DNA of 64,000 nucleotides from an uncultured delta proteobacterium. GTDB taxonomy: Bacteria; Desulfobacterota; Zymogenia; Zymogenales; Zymogenaceae. Shown in pieces: positions 1 to 10,315 of the stretch. The stretch is from the NCBI GenBank assembly GCA_963735595.1, contig CAVTLK010000004.1:512001-576000 (forward strand), written 5' to 3'. The position numbers and the translations under genes are program-made. The notes beneath the pieces were generated by a model. It was not told the DNA's origin, searched no databases, and saw nothing but the letters and a program-made list of their open reading frames with translations. The first letter of the stretch is position 1. Each line of letters starts with the position of its first letter.

Positions 1-9
1 CGGGGAGTA

Positions 10-1095
10 ATGAAGGTGGAGGCGCCGATAGCCGATACCCCCGGCGTCCCCGAGGCGACGGGGTGGGTCACCCTTTCGGACTGGACCCTGAGCGTTCCCT
101 TCTTCACCAAGACCCCCTTGCCGGGGGAGGCCACGCTGATCTTCGAAGGGAATCGAATGAGTATACCGCCCGTTACGATAAAGTTCGCCGAGTCGATACT
201 TTCCGGAGAAGGGACATTGACCAATTTTGCGCGGCCGCGGCTCGTGATGTCGATCAGCGCCCCCGCCATCGACCTTGCCGAGCTTTTTGGAACGGGTGAC
301 GCAACGCTGCTGCTGGACGATCTTACCGCCCGGCTCATCTTCGAAGAAGGGTACATTATCCTGCCCGATCTGAAAGGCGGCCTCTACGGCGGCACCTGTT
401 CCGGCGAGTTCGGATACGTATACCCGGAGACGGGATCGGAAAGCCTCTTCTATCTCAATCTCATCGGGGAGGCAGCCGATATCGGCGCCCTGCTCTCGGA
501 TGCCGATATATCCGATAACGTCATGGGACGGGCCGACCTTACACTCTCATTGCGATCTGAGCCCGGAGACCCGCGGACTATTCTGGAAACGATGGATGGG
601 ACGGCGGCAATTACCGTAACCGACGGGACAATCAAGAGACTGTCGCTATTGTCAAAAGTCATGTCTATCGCGCAGATTTCAAACTATCTACGCCTTAAAT
701 TTCCCAAACTCGATACCGAGGGGATACCGTTTGACTCGATCACCGGGGATTTTACTATCGAGGACGGGGCACTCAAGACGGAAAACCTATATTTTAACAG
801 CAGGGTTGTGAAGATGAGCGTCGTGGGAGGCTATGACGCGGTCCGGGACGATCTCGATATGGTCCTCGGATTTCAACTCCTGCAGACGATCGACCTTATC
901 ATCAACAAGATTCCCGTCGTCGGCTACATCCTCACGGGGGATGACGGCAACCTCTTTACCACCTATTTTACCGTCACCGGGAGCATCAAAGACCCCAATG
1001 TGGAGCCGATGACCCTCGAGGGACTTGGGAAGGGAACGCTCAACATTTTCTCGCGAATCTTTCACTTCCCGCTGAAAGGGTTCAAACCCCGCTAA
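10..1095 (+). CDS. AsmA-like/YhdP family envelope protein, C-terminal part (probably begins upstream of window)
   Basis: Beta-taco-like repeats and AsmA-like C-terminal signature ([15 protein letters not shown]..., KIPVVGYIL..., F.VTGSIKDP). Confidence 0.75.
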   Translation: MKVEAPIADTPGVPEATGWVTLSDWTLSVPFFTKTPLPGEATLIFEGNRMSIPPVTIKFAESILSGEGTLTNFARPRLVMSISAPAIDLAELFGTGDATLLLDDLTARLIFEEGYIILPDLKGGLYGGTCSGEFGYVYPETGSESLFYLNLIGEAADIGALLSDADISDNVMGRADLTLSLRSEPGDPRTILETMDGTAAITVTDGTIKRLSLLSKVMSIAQISNYLRLKFPKLDTEGIPFDSITGDFTIEDGALKTENLYFNSRVVKMSVVGGYDAVRDDLDMVLGFQLLQTIDLIINKIPVVGYILTGDDGNLFTTYFTVTGSIKDPNVEPMTLEGLGKGTLNIFSRIFHFPLKGFKPR

Positions 1096-1105
1096 GGAAC
1101 GGTCT

Positions 1106-1579
1106 ATGGAAACAAAGCGGCATCTCCTGCTCGATGAACTGCTGCCCCTGATCGCCGAACACACGAAAGAGGGGCGGACGGTGGTTTTTACCAACGGCTG
1201 TTTTGACCTGCTGCACGTGGGTCATATCCGTTACCTTGCCCGGGCCAAATCAGAGGGGGATATCCTCGTGGTAGGGCTCAACTCCGACCGGTCGGTACGG
1301 GGACTCAAGGGGCCGGACCGCCCCATACAACGGGAGGACAACCGGGCGGAGATCCTGGCGGCCATCAGGGTCGTCGATTACGTGGTGATCTTTGACGAGC
1401 CGACCCCGATCGGCCTGATAACGGCCCTCAAACCGGCCGTGCTGGTCAAGGGGGAAGACTGGAAGGAAGACGACATCGTGGGTGCGAAGGAAGTGAAGTC
1501 GTGGGGGGGGAGGGTCGTGCGCGCCGCGTTCACCGCCGGGGCGTCCACGACGAGCCTGGTCGATCGTATGAAAAAATGA
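1106..1579 (+). CDS. rfaE2: D-glycero-beta-D-manno-heptose 1-phosphate adenylyltransferase (stand-alone HldE domain II)
   Basis: [36 protein letters not shown] motifs. Confidence 0.93.
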   Translation: METKRHLLLDELLPLIAEHTKEGRTVVFTNGCFDLLHVGHIRYLARAKSEGDILVVGLNSDRSVRGLKGPDRPIQREDNRAEILAAIRVVDYVVIFDEPTPIGLITALKPAVLVKGEDWKEDDIVGAKEVKSWGGRVVRAAFTAGASTTSLVDRMKK

Positions 1580-1672
1580 ACGTCCCGGGCACGAGGGACT
1601 TCCCGGGCCGTCAGGGGGAAGCCCGCCGGGCCGGCTCTTCGTGCCGTAATCGTATCGGTCTGGGAGGTTACT

Positions 1673-2254
1673 ATGCGTACTATGCATACGGCGGCCAGTG
1701 AAACACCCCATCTCCCGGCTCTTCCCGAGGTGCGGCAGATAGGGATCGTCGTCCGCAGCGCCCCGAAAGCGGTCGCGTACTATTCGAAAACCTTCGGCAT
1801 CGGGCCGTGGTTTCGGCCGAAGCTTTCGGGTCAGGAACACTACCTTGCGGGGAAACGACCGGCGCAGTTCGACCTCGACCTTGCCATTGCCTACGCCGGG
1901 AAAATACAGTACGAGATCATCGAGCACAAAGGCGGCGACCGGAGCATTTACAGCGACCATCTGGATAGATACGGGGAGGGGGTTCATCACCTCGGTTTCT
2001 ACGTGAACGACTTCGACAAGAGGCTCGCCGCGTATACGGGCAGCGGGATCGGCGTCCTTCAGGCGGGGTCGTTGGCGAGCGGCGGGAACGCGGGGGGGTC
2101 GATAACCAAATACGCGTACCTGGATACCGCGGCGATCGCCGGGGTCATCCTCGAGATCATCGAAACGAGATTCCTGAAAATAAACATCAACATGTCCCGC
2201 TTCTGGTTTGAGCTTGGGGCCGTTTTGGGGGATGTGGAACGGATACGCCCGTAG
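1673..2254 (+). CDS. VOC/glyoxalase family protein (methylmalonyl-CoA epimerase-like)
   Basis: QIGIVV, YEII, GEGVHHLGFYV, AYLDT, ILEII; GGAGG SD upstream. Confidence 0.8.
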   Translation: MRTMHTAASETPHLPALPEVRQIGIVVRSAPKAVAYYSKTFGIGPWFRPKLSGQEHYLAGKRPAQFDLDLAIAYAGKIQYEIIEHKGGDRSIYSDHLDRYGEGVHHLGFYVNDFDKRLAAYTGSGIGVLQAGSLASGGNAGGSITKYAYLDTAAIAGVILEIIETRFLKININMSRFWFELGAVLGDVERIRP

Positions 2255-2264
2255 GGGACCTGCC

Positions 2265-3053
2265 CTATTTATAGTATTGGGGCCTCCGGTCGCCAAACAG
2301 GTCGTTTATGGGCGTGACCTTCTTGTCGCGGGCCTCGGCCGGCTCGATCCGAACGGTCCGGCACTGCTCGGTATGCGTATCCAGCTCCATGAGATAGTTA
2401 CCCGTCGGGGAGACGACCACCGAGCCGCCGGTGAAGGCGTTGCGCCGGCCCCCGTTTTCTTCCGTGCCGACCCGGTTTGCCGTGACGGTATAGACCCGGT
2501 TTTCCACCGCACGGGCGAACATCGCCCGCTGGCAGTAGGGCAGGACGAGGTTGGCGGGGTGCAGGATCACCTCGGCGCCCGAGAGCGCCAGCGTACGGGC
2601 GCCCTCGGGGAAGAACCAGTCAAAGCAGATCATCATCCCGAATCGCGCCCCCTTGTACGAAAAGACGGAAAAACCGGTGTCGCCGGGAGAGAAGAACTCC
2701 TTCTCGTGGGAGAAAAGGTGGGTCTTCCGGTAGTTTGCGATGAGCGCGCCGTCACCGATGAAAAAGGCGGAGTTGAAATAGCGGTCGCCCGCCCGCTCCG
2801 CATATCCCCCGCAAATACCCATCGAGCGATCCCGGGATAGCGTATAGAGCGGCAGCAGGACGGCGTCGTCGGGGCCAATGGATACCGCCCGCACCTCATC
2901 GGGGTCCGCAAAGGTATAGCCTGACGTGCAGAGCTCCGGGAGGACCACCACATCGGCCCCGGTCCCGGCCAGAAGATCGGCCGCTCTTTCGACGTTGGCC
3001 GCAACGTCCAGGAAGGCCGGTTCGGTCTGCGCGATGGCGATTTTTATGGGCAA
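2265..3053 (-). CDS. Carbon-nitrogen hydrolase (nitrilase/amidase family)
   Basis: E-K-C triad motifs VLPEL, YRKTHL, ICFDWFFPE. Confidence 0.9.
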   Translation of the reverse strand: MPIKIAIAQTEPAFLDVAANVERAADLLAGTGADVVVLPELCTSGYTFADPDEVRAVSIGPDDAVLLPLYTLSRDRSMGICGGYAERAGDRYFNSAFFIGDGALIANYRKTHLFSHEKEFFSPGDTGFSVFSYKGARFGMMICFDWFFPEGARTLALSGAEVILHPANLVLPYCQRAMFARAVENRVYTVTANRVGTEENGGRRNAFTGGSVVVSPTGNYLMELDTHTEQCRTVRIEPAEARDKKVTPINDLFGDRRPQYYK

Positions 3054-3165
3054 TAGTTTTTACCTCCCGCGTTTGTTTAAATATACCACCGCCAATCGTC
3101 GATGACAAGGGGCAACGGGACAATGGCGGGGGGCGGTACGGCGCCGGGGCAGGCCGTGAAAGTCC

Positions 3166-3195
3166 TTGACAAAGGCTCGGCCGGGCGTCTACTAT
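3166..3195 (+). promoter_or_regulatory. Putative sigma70 promoter of the Ser/Thr dehydratase gene
   Basis: TTGACA (3166-3171), 18 nt, TACTAT (3190-3195). Confidence 0.45.
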
Positions 3196-3235
3196 TTTAT
3201 AAGGATTATACGTATCCTGGATATATTCTGACCAG

Positions 3236-4213
3236 ATGATTACGCCGGACGACATACTGGGCGCCCACGGCCGCATACGAGGTGCGATCAACCGGACCCC
3301 CGTCATGACCTCGCGGACGCTGGACGGGATCATCGGCGCGCGCGTCTTTTTCAAGTGCGAGAACTTCCAGAGGGTCGGCGCGTTTAAGATCCGGGGGGCG
3401 CTCAACGCGGTGAGCATCCTTTCAGCGGAAGAGAAGACACGCGGGGTGATCACCCATTCCAGCGGCAACCACGCCCAGGCGCTTGCGCTGGCGGCTCGCC
3501 TTTCGTCGGTCGGGGCTACGGTCGTCATGCCGAAGGGGGCCCCGGCCGTCAAGGTCGAGGCCACCCGGGGCTACGGGGCCGACGTGGTCTTCTGCGAAAA
3601 CAGCGAGGCCTCCCGGATCGAAACGACCGAGGGCCTCATCTCCCGGTTCGGTTATACCCTCGTACACCCCTACGATAACGACGCGGTCATCGCGGGTGCG
3701 GGCACGGCGGCCGGAGAGCTCATGGGAGAAACCGGCGGCCTGGACATCCTGGTCTGCCCCATCGGGGGGGGAGGGCTGGTTTCGGGGAGCGCGATCGCCG
3801 CCGCGGGGGCGGGCAAGAGGCCCATCGTCGTTGCGGCGGAGCCGGAGCGCGCCGACGATGCCTGCCGGTCGCTGGCGGCGGGCCGCATCGTCAGGAACCT
3901 CTCCACGGACACCATCGCCGACGGCCTGCGGACCACGCTGTGTGACCGCACCTTCGCGATAATCCAACGGCATGTCGATTCGATCGTGACCGTGTCGGAA
4001 CCGGAGATCGTCAACGCCATGAGGTTTTTGTGGGAGCGGATGAAGCTGGTCGTGGAGCCGTCCGGGGCGGTCGGGCTTGCCGGCGTCCTGTCGGGCAGGA
4101 TTGCCGTCAAAGACGCCCGGGTGGGGGTAATCATCAGCGGGGGGAACGTCGATCTCTCGGACTATTTTGCGATACTCAGCGCGAAAATACCGGAAGGACA
4201 AACCAAACACTGA
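3236..4213 (+). CDS. PLP-dependent threonine/serine dehydratase (serine racemase-like, fold type II)
   Basis: KCENFQRVGAFKIRGA, SSGNHAQ, PIGGGGL, TIADGL, VEPSGA, SGGNVD. Confidence 0.9.
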   Translation: MITPDDILGAHGRIRGAINRTPVMTSRTLDGIIGARVFFKCENFQRVGAFKIRGALNAVSILSAEEKTRGVITHSSGNHAQALALAARLSSVGATVVMPKGAPAVKVEATRGYGADVVFCENSEASRIETTEGLISRFGYTLVHPYDNDAVIAGAGTAAGELMGETGGLDILVCPIGGGGLVSGSAIAAAGAGKRPIVVAAEPERADDACRSLAAGRIVRNLSTDTIADGLRTTLCDRTFAIIQRHVDSIVTVSEPEIVNAMRFLWERMKLVVEPSGAVGLAGVLSGRIAVKDARVGVIISGGNVDLSDYFAILSAKIPEGQTKH

Positions 4214-4235
4214 ACACAACCCGATGGAGGGGGAA

Positions 4236-5135
4236 ATGCCCGGGACAATCGATCGGAAAAAGATCCTGCTCTTTCTCGGCCTCACGTTTACGGCCGATTG
4301 GCTCATGGCGGGCCTCTTCTACCTGTTCGGGGGGAGACTGAATACAACGCCGGCAGTCTTCATGGCCCTCGCCTATATGTTCGTCCCGATGATCATGGCC
4401 GTCGTCGTCCAGAGATTCATCTATCACCGGGACCTTAAAGGGCCCCTGGGCATATCGTTCCGCGTCAACCCGTGGTGGATTGCCGCCTGGCTCGTCCCCG
4501 TGGTTATCGCGTTCGGGGCGTTCGGGATAAGCCTCCTGTTTCGCTCCGTGTCCTACTCGCCGGAGATGGCCGGGATCTACGAACACTTTGCCAGGGTCTT
4601 CACCCCCGAGCAGATACAGGAGATCAGGAGAAAGCAGGATATGCTCCCGTTTCACCCGGTATGGTTTGCCCTCGCCCAGGGATTGATCATCGGTCCCACC
4701 CTTAATGCGGTGGCCGCCTTCGGGGAGGAGCTTGGCTGGCGTGGATTCCTGCAGAGGGAGCTGGCGCCGATCGGGTTCTGGGGTTCATCGGCCCTCATCG
4801 GATTTATCTGGGGGGTGTGGCACCTCCCCCTTATCCTCATGGGGCATAACTACCCCGAGCACCCGGTACCGGGGGTGTTTCTCTGGACGGTAAACTGCGT
4901 ATTCCTGGGTATCGTTATCAGCTACGTGCGGGTACGGGCGCGATCGGTGATCGCCGCGGCCGTTATGCACGGGACGTATAATGCCATGGCGGGCCTGGCT
5001 ATTATCCTGATCATCGGCGGAAACGACCTGATCTCCGGGGTTCAGGGAATTTCGGGAGTGATCGTTGCGGGAGTTCTGGCGGGCCTGGTCTTTATTATCG
5101 ACCGCTTCGTGATGAAGGGCCCGGTCGGCCAATAG
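4236..5135 (+). CDS. CPBP (Abi/CAAX) family intramembrane metalloprotease
   Basis: GEELGWRG, WGVWHLP, HG.YN motifs; multiple TM segments; ATG 4236 follows GGAGGGG. Confidence 0.88.
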   Translation: MPGTIDRKKILLFLGLTFTADWLMAGLFYLFGGRLNTTPAVFMALAYMFVPMIMAVVVQRFIYHRDLKGPLGISFRVNPWWIAAWLVPVVIAFGAFGISLLFRSVSYSPEMAGIYEHFARVFTPEQIQEIRRKQDMLPFHPVWFALAQGLIIGPTLNAVAAFGEELGWRGFLQRELAPIGFWGSSALIGFIWGVWHLPLILMGHNYPEHPVPGVFLWTVNCVFLGIVISYVRVRARSVIAAAVMHGTYNAMAGLAIILIIGGNDLISGVQGISGVIVAGVLAGLVFIIDRFVMKGPVGQ

Positions 5136-5265
5136 CGCCTATAGCCCTATACTATAGCCGGAGGACGCGAAATGACTGTCTCCCATGAGACCGTGCGCGG
5201 CACCAATCCGCGGGCGGCGGAGGGTCCGCCGGCCCCGGGGACTGCGTTGACGGGTATGAATGGAT

Positions 5266-5306
5266 GCGGCGCCCGCATACGATAACGTTATCGGATGGGG
5301 CGCCGC
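5266..5306. terminator. Long imperfect palindrome between convergent genes, possible terminator
   Basis: GCGGCGCCC/GGGCGCCGC arms around a CGATAACGTTATCG core; no clear U-tract. Confidence 0.35.
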
Positions 5307-5368
5307 CTCGCGAAGCGGTTCTCCTATCTCGTTTTACGCCGTCCTGAACCGTCCTCCGTCCTACGGTC

Positions 5369-5698
5369 CTACAGGGACTTGCCGATAGCCTTTTCCAATT
5401 CGGCCTTGGGAACGGCCCCAACGACCTGATCCACAACCTTCCCGTCCTTATAGAGGATAATGGTGGGTATACCGCGGACGCCGTACGACGACGCGGTCAT
5501 GGGATTGTCGTCCACGTTGAGCTTGGTGAACTTTACCTTGCCGTCATAGGTCGAGGCCAGCTCCTCGATCACCGGTGCGATGGCCTTGCACGGCATGCAC
5601 CAGGGCGCCCAGAAGTCGACAAGTGTTAGCTTATCTGACTTGATGACCTCGTCTCCGAAGCTGCTGTCGCTAATCTCTTTGACCTTATCTGATGCCAT
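5369..5698 (-). CDS. trxA: Thioredoxin
   Basis: DFWAPWCMPCK active site, GIPT cis-Pro loop. Confidence 0.93.
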   Translation of the reverse strand: MASDKVKEISDSSFGDEVIKSDKLTLVDFWAPWCMPCKAIAPVIEELASTYDGKVKFTKLNVDDNPMTASSYGVRGIPTIILYKDGKVVDQVVGAVPKAELEKAIGKSL

Positions 5699-5797
5699 AA
5701 TTCAGTACCTCCAGGGTTTACTGTCATAGATGATACTAACCCGGCCACGATTCAAAAACAAGAGCCATTTTCCAAGTTCCGGGCGGAAAATATATCC

Positions 5798-5825
5798 TTG
5801 ACATTCGGGCCTATCTGAATAATAT
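5798..5825 (+). promoter_or_regulatory. Putative sigma70 promoter of the permease operon
   Basis: TTGACA (5798-5803), 16 nt, TAATAT (5820-5825). Confidence 0.45.
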
Positions 5826-5878
5826 ACATCTTATCTCATGTTTTCTTTCCCCTTTTTACACCAACCAAGAGGTTTACC

Positions 5879-7249
5879 ATGGCAGAAGCGGAATTAAAAC
5901 GTACGGTCTCGCTGGCCGGCGCGATCGCCATCACGGTGGGCAGTGTTATCGGGATGTCGATATTCGTCCTGATTAACTCGATGGCATCCCTGACGGGGCC
6001 ATCCCTGCCGATTGCCTTCTTCCTTGCCTTGATTCCGGCCCTCCTCAATGCGGTAACCGTATCGCAGCTGGGAAGCTCGATCCCCCGGGCGGGCGGCGGA
6101 TACGTCTTTACCTCGCGGATTCTCGGACCCTTCTGGGGATTTGCCACTTCGTGGTTCATCTGCCTTGCCATTGTCGGGGCCCTGTGCACCGTCGGGATCG
6201 GCCTCGCCCAGTACGTCAACCTCTATCTTACCCCGCCTGTTGACGTGACGATTATCGCGATCCTGCTCGTTGCCGCGTTTGTGATCATCAACGCGGTCGG
6301 CCTGCTGTTCGCGGAGACCGTTCAGATCATCATGGTCGTCCAGATGATCATCGCCATGCTCATATTTGCCGTCTGGGGCTTCGTTGCCGGACCGAGGACG
6401 GAGACGGTGGGCGTCCCGTTTCTTGCGGGCGGCATCGGGGGCTTGGCCATGGCGTCGGTCCTCTGCTACTATTCCTATGTTGGGTTCGCCGTGATCGCCG
6501 AAGTCGGAGAGGAAATGAATAACCCCAAGAAAAACATCCCGCTTTCCATCGGGATTTCGGCGGTTATCATCTTCATCGCCTACGCCCTGGTAGCGACGAC
6601 GTTCAACCGGCTGGTCGGGTATGACAAGGAGATGCTCGCGGGGCTCTCCGCGCCGGTGGCATACGCGGCGGGCCTGTTCCTGCCGGTATGGGCGGTCCAT
6701 TTCCTGAACCTCGGGGCCCTTGGCGCGGGGCTCACCTCGATTAACGCGGGGGTCATCGCCATGCCCCGGGAGCTCTTCGCCCAGGGCAGGGACGGGATCC
6801 TGCCGTCCGCCTTTAAATACGTTACGAAGAAGGCCAAGACGCCGCTATGGGCGGTCCTCTCGGTTTTCCCGCCGGTCCTGGTCCTGCTGCTGTTCAGGCA
6901 GACCGCCGATTTTTACGGCTTCCTGGCCGTGGGAGCGCTGCTGCTTACCAACGTCACCATCGCGCTTGCCTGCGTACGGCTCCCGAAGCGGTTCCCCGAT
7001 CTGTACAACAAGGCCACGTTCCGGATCGGCAGGGGGTGGCTCACGTTCATTTCGTGGGCGGCCATCGTTACCTCCGGTATCTTCCTTGCGTTCATCGTCC
7101 TCCAGTTCGGTATCCTTCCCCTCATCCTGCTTGGATGGGCAATCGTGGTCTGTCTCTTCTATATCGTCAGAAAGCGGGCCATGATGCGGGGGGGGACGGA
7201 TTTCTTCGGCATCTACAAGAAGATACCCGGACATGAGGAGAAGAAATGA
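5879..7249 (+). CDS. APC family amino acid permease
   Basis: GSVIG.SIF, P.AGGGYVF, YVGF..IAEVGEE..NPKKNIP; about 12 TM segments. Confidence 0.9.
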   Translation: MAEAELKRTVSLAGAIAITVGSVIGMSIFVLINSMASLTGPSLPIAFFLALIPALLNAVTVSQLGSSIPRAGGGYVFTSRILGPFWGFATSWFICLAIVGALCTVGIGLAQYVNLYLTPPVDVTIIAILLVAAFVIINAVGLLFAETVQIIMVVQMIIAMLIFAVWGFVAGPRTETVGVPFLAGGIGGLAMASVLCYYSYVGFAVIAEVGEEMNNPKKNIPLSIGISAVIIFIAYALVATTFNRLVGYDKEMLAGLSAPVAYAAGLFLPVWAVHFLNLGALGAGLTSINAGVIAMPRELFAQGRDGILPSAFKYVTKKAKTPLWAVLSVFPPVLVLLLFRQTADFYGFLAVGALLLTNVTIALACVRLPKRFPDLYNKATFRIGRGWLTFISWAAIVTSGIFLAFIVLQFGILPLILLGWAIVVCLFYIVRKRAMMRGGTDFFGIYKKIPGHEEKK

Positions 7250-8325
7250 GAGTCCGAAACAAGAAGGAGTATATCGATACCCCGGCGCTATTGCTGGACC
7301 TCGACAAGGTCGAGTTCAACCTGGCCAGGGCCGCCGATTTCATCAAGACGACCAAGGCCAAGCTCCGCCCCCACATCAAGACGCACAAGTGCCCGGTGCT
7401 TGCCCAGAAGCAGGTCCGCGCCGGTGCTATCGGGGTGACCTGCGCCAAGGTCGGTGAGGCGGAGGTGATGGCCAAGGCCGGCATTGCGGACATACTGATC
7501 GCAAACCAGGTGGTGGGCGCGCGAAAGATCATGCGGCTCATGGACCTCCTGGCTATATCCGACGTGAAGGTCGCGGTGGAAAACGAGGGAAACGTCGCGC
7601 AGCTCTCCGAGGCGGCCCAGTGCCGGGGCAAGACGCTGCCGGTCCTCATCGAGGTGGACGTGGGGATGGGCCGATGCGGGGTTAAGACCGCCGACGAGGC
7701 GGTAGCGCTGGCAGGGAAAATCGACGCGGCAAAGGGCATACAGCTTGCCGGCATCATGGGGTACGAGGGCCACATCATCTTCACGTTTGAACGGGCCGAG
7801 CGCGAAAAGGCGGCACGCGAATGCATGGAGGCGCTGGTCGACGTCAAAAAACGGCTCGAAAAAGAGGGATTCCCCATCGGGATCGTCTCGGGAGGAGGAA
7901 CGGGAACGTACGATATCTCCTCGAAAGTCGAGGGGATTACCGAGATCCAGGCCGGCTCCTACCTGACCATGGACGCCACCTACGGGTACCTCAACCTCGG
8001 GTTTAAGCAGGCGCTAACCCTCATGACCACCGTCATCGCGATCCACGGCGATCACGTGATCCTCGATTGCGGCATGAAATCGCTCACCCATGAGTTCGGC
8101 ATGGCCCAGGTGATCGGGATCGAGGGGGCGGCGGTCACGTCGCTCTCGGAAGAGCACGGGCACATGACGGTTCCCGACACGGCCACAATCGCCGTCGGCG
8201 ATAAGATCGAGCTTGTCCCCACCCACGGCTGTACCACTATCAACCTGCACGACACGTTTTACGCCGTCCGGGGGGACATGGTTGACGCCGAATGGGAGAT
8301 CGCTGCCAGGGGAAAGTTCGTGTAG
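7246..8325 (+). CDS. DSD1 family PLP enzyme (D-threonine aldolase / D-serine dehydratase-like, fold type III)
   Basis: TPALLLD, LRPHIKTHK, GMGRCG, YEGH, SGGGTGT, EIQAGSY, LSEEHG, HGCTT; ATGA overlap with permease. Confidence 0.88.
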   Translation: MRVRNKKEYIDTPALLLDLDKVEFNLARAADFIKTTKAKLRPHIKTHKCPVLAQKQVRAGAIGVTCAKVGEAEVMAKAGIADILIANQVVGARKIMRLMDLLAISDVKVAVENEGNVAQLSEAAQCRGKTLPVLIEVDVGMGRCGVKTADEAVALAGKIDAAKGIQLAGIMGYEGHIIFTFERAEREKAARECMEALVDVKKRLEKEGFPIGIVSGGGTGTYDISSKVEGITEIQAGSYLTMDATYGYLNLGFKQALTLMTTVIAIHGDHVILDCGMKSLTHEFGMAQVIGIEGAAVTSLSEEHGHMTVPDTATIAVGDKIELVPTHGCTTINLHDTFYAVRGDMVDAEWEIAARGKFV

Positions 8326-8361
8326 CATCGCCGCCTATTTTATTTATCCGCGTTTACGCGT

Positions 8362-8389
8362 GCCGGCGGCAGGGGGACCTGCCGCCGGT
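8362..8389 (+). terminator. GC-rich hairpin after the permease-aldolase operon
   Basis: CCGGCGGCAGG-GGGA-CCTGCCGCCGG followed by a T-rich tail. Confidence 0.5.
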
Positions 8390-8528
8390 ATTGTGTATTG
8401 TTAATAGGCGTTCCGGGATGTGCCATCTGTTCTCGTTTCTCGTAAAGTACCGGTTTTGTCCACCGGCCCGGGAACTCTCCCCCCGCCGTTGTGTCAGATA
8501 CGGGTGACACCACATACGGAGAATTTCT

Positions 8529-9767
8529 ATGGGTAAGAAAATCGCGGCTATTATTTTTATCTTCTTTTGTACGGCGCTGGCGTGGGTTATCCTCGGTGCG
8601 TCCATCGGGACGCGCACCTCGGATACCGACACCCGGCTGGGCGAGGAGGTGGCGCACCTCTGGGGAGATATACAGCACCAGTACCCTCCCCTCTTTACGT
8701 CTCCCTATATAGAATACCAGGACAAGGTCGATGAGAAGACCAAGAAGGTCGTCAAAGAAAAAGTCCTCATGTACCGGAGCCTTCCGATCGCGGGAAGCGA
8801 GATCATGGCCGACTTCTCGCTGGACTACCGGAAGAAAGGACTCCTCTGGTATTCCACCTACGTCGTCAAATTCGACGGCACCTACCGGGTAATCAACGAC
8901 ACGCCGAAGGGCGAGACGGTTACCATTACCCATAAATTTCCCACCGCCAATGCCGAGTACGACGATTTTCACATCTTTGTCGACGGTAACGAGATCGAAA
9001 CGCTCACCTGGTCCGCCGACGGAATTACCACGTCCGTGGAGCTTCCCGCGGGAAAGCCGCTCGATTTCCGGGTCGTCTACACGAGCCGCGGGCTTTCGGA
9101 GTGGCACTACTATTTCAGCCAGGGAAGCGTGGAAGAGGTCAGGGACTTCTCGATGAAGATCACGACCGACTTTACGGGGCTTGACTTTCCCGTGGGGACG
9201 TTGTCTCCCACCGCAAAGGAAGAGACGGAATCCGGGATGGCCCTCGCCTGGGACTTCACCAAGCGGATTACCGGAAACCATATCGGGATCTCGATGCCCG
9301 AGCGGGTAAACCCGGGCCCGATGGCGGAGCGGATGACCTTTTTCGCGCCGGTGTCGCTCCTCTTTTTCTTCTTCATCATCTTTATCATCACGACGCTCAG
9401 GGGAATCAACCTGCACCCGATGAACTACTTCTTCCTGGCGGCCGCCTTCTTTGCCTTTCACCTGCTGATGGCCTACCTCGTCGATCACCTGGATATCCAC
9501 CTCGCGTTCCTGATTTCGGCGGCGGTCTCGTTGTTCCTGGTTGTCAGCTACCTGAGGCTTGTGACGGGAATGAGGTTCGCACTGGTCGAGGCCGGCACGG
9601 CGCAGCTCATCTACCTCATCCTCTTCTCCTATTCGTTTTTCTTCAAGGGATATACCGGGTTGATTATCACGATTTCCTCCATCCTGACGCTCTTTGTCGT
9701 CATGCAGATGACCGGCCGTATTAAATGGGAGGAGAAATTCAGGTCAATCACCGAAAAGAAGGAATAG
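8529..9767 (+). CDS. Inner membrane CreD-like protein
   Basis: N-terminal TM, periplasmic domain, C-terminal TM bundle with HPMNY and FHLLMAYL..H. Confidence 0.75.
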   Translation: MGKKIAAIIFIFFCTALAWVILGASIGTRTSDTDTRLGEEVAHLWGDIQHQYPPLFTSPYIEYQDKVDEKTKKVVKEKVLMYRSLPIAGSEIMADFSLDYRKKGLLWYSTYVVKFDGTYRVINDTPKGETVTITHKFPTANAEYDDFHIFVDGNEIETLTWSADGITTSVELPAGKPLDFRVVYTSRGLSEWHYYFSQGSVEEVRDFSMKITTDFTGLDFPVGTLSPTAKEETESGMALAWDFTKRITGNHIGISMPERVNPGPMAERMTFFAPVSLLFFFFIIFIITTLRGINLHPMNYFFLAAAFFAFHLLMAYLVDHLDIHLAFLISAAVSLFLVVSYLRLVTGMRFALVEAGTAQLIYLILFSYSFFFKGYTGLIITISSILTLFVVMQMTGRIKWEEKFRSITEKKE

Positions 9768-9860
9768 GAACGACGCGCGCGCGATGAGGCAGGACGAGGG
9801 AAAAGGGGAGAGGGGAGAGGGGGCGGGCGGTATTTGCGCCGGGTGGCACCGGCGCAGGGT

Positions 9861-10012
9861 GTAGGGGCGGCTCGCGAGCCGCCCACCGGACAATAGGGCC
9901 GTTCACGAACGGCCCCTACGAGAGGAAAACGGACACGACAAGTCGTGTCCCTACGGGTGCTAAATCGTTACGCGTTTGTATTCGTAGGGGCACGACTTGT
10001 CGTGCCCGTTTT
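9861..10012. repeat. Cluster of four GTAG-tagged REP-like palindromes
   Basis: GTAG+hairpin at 9861-9884 (+), 9896-9919 (-), 9931-9954 (-), 9984-10007 (+). Confidence 0.85.
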
Positions 10013-10030
10013 GCGTTTACGCCACTCTGC

Positions 10031-10073
10031 CGTCATTGCGAGGAGGCCCGTTCGGGCCGACGCGGCAATCCCC
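10031..10073 (+). repeat. CGTC-tagged palindromic repeat
   Basis: CGTCATTGCGAGGAGGCC..GGCCGACGCGGCAATCCCC; near-identical copy at 36443-36482. Confidence 0.8.
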
Positions 10074-10140
10074 TGACTATAGAGCACGAACCTTTCACAC
10101 CGCCCTATTCATATCGATAAATTTCCCTATCGGAAAAGGC

Positions 10141-10169
10141 TTGACACTCGCTTAGCATAGACTTATCCT
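10141..10169 (+). promoter_or_regulatory. Putative sigma70 promoter upstream of the WG-repeat gene
   Basis: TTGACA (10141-10146), 17 nt, TATCCT (10164-10169). Confidence 0.4.
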
Positions 10170-10315
10170 TCGGGAAAAGCGGGGTTTATAGAGGCGATAT
10201 TAATGCCGTCTTTTTGAGGGCACCAACCGGAGGGTTGCCGCGTTTCGCTCTATGAATAAGAGTCAAACGGAGATTTGACCCCTATTCTCCTTATAGAGTC
10301 TAAAAGGAGTCTAAG

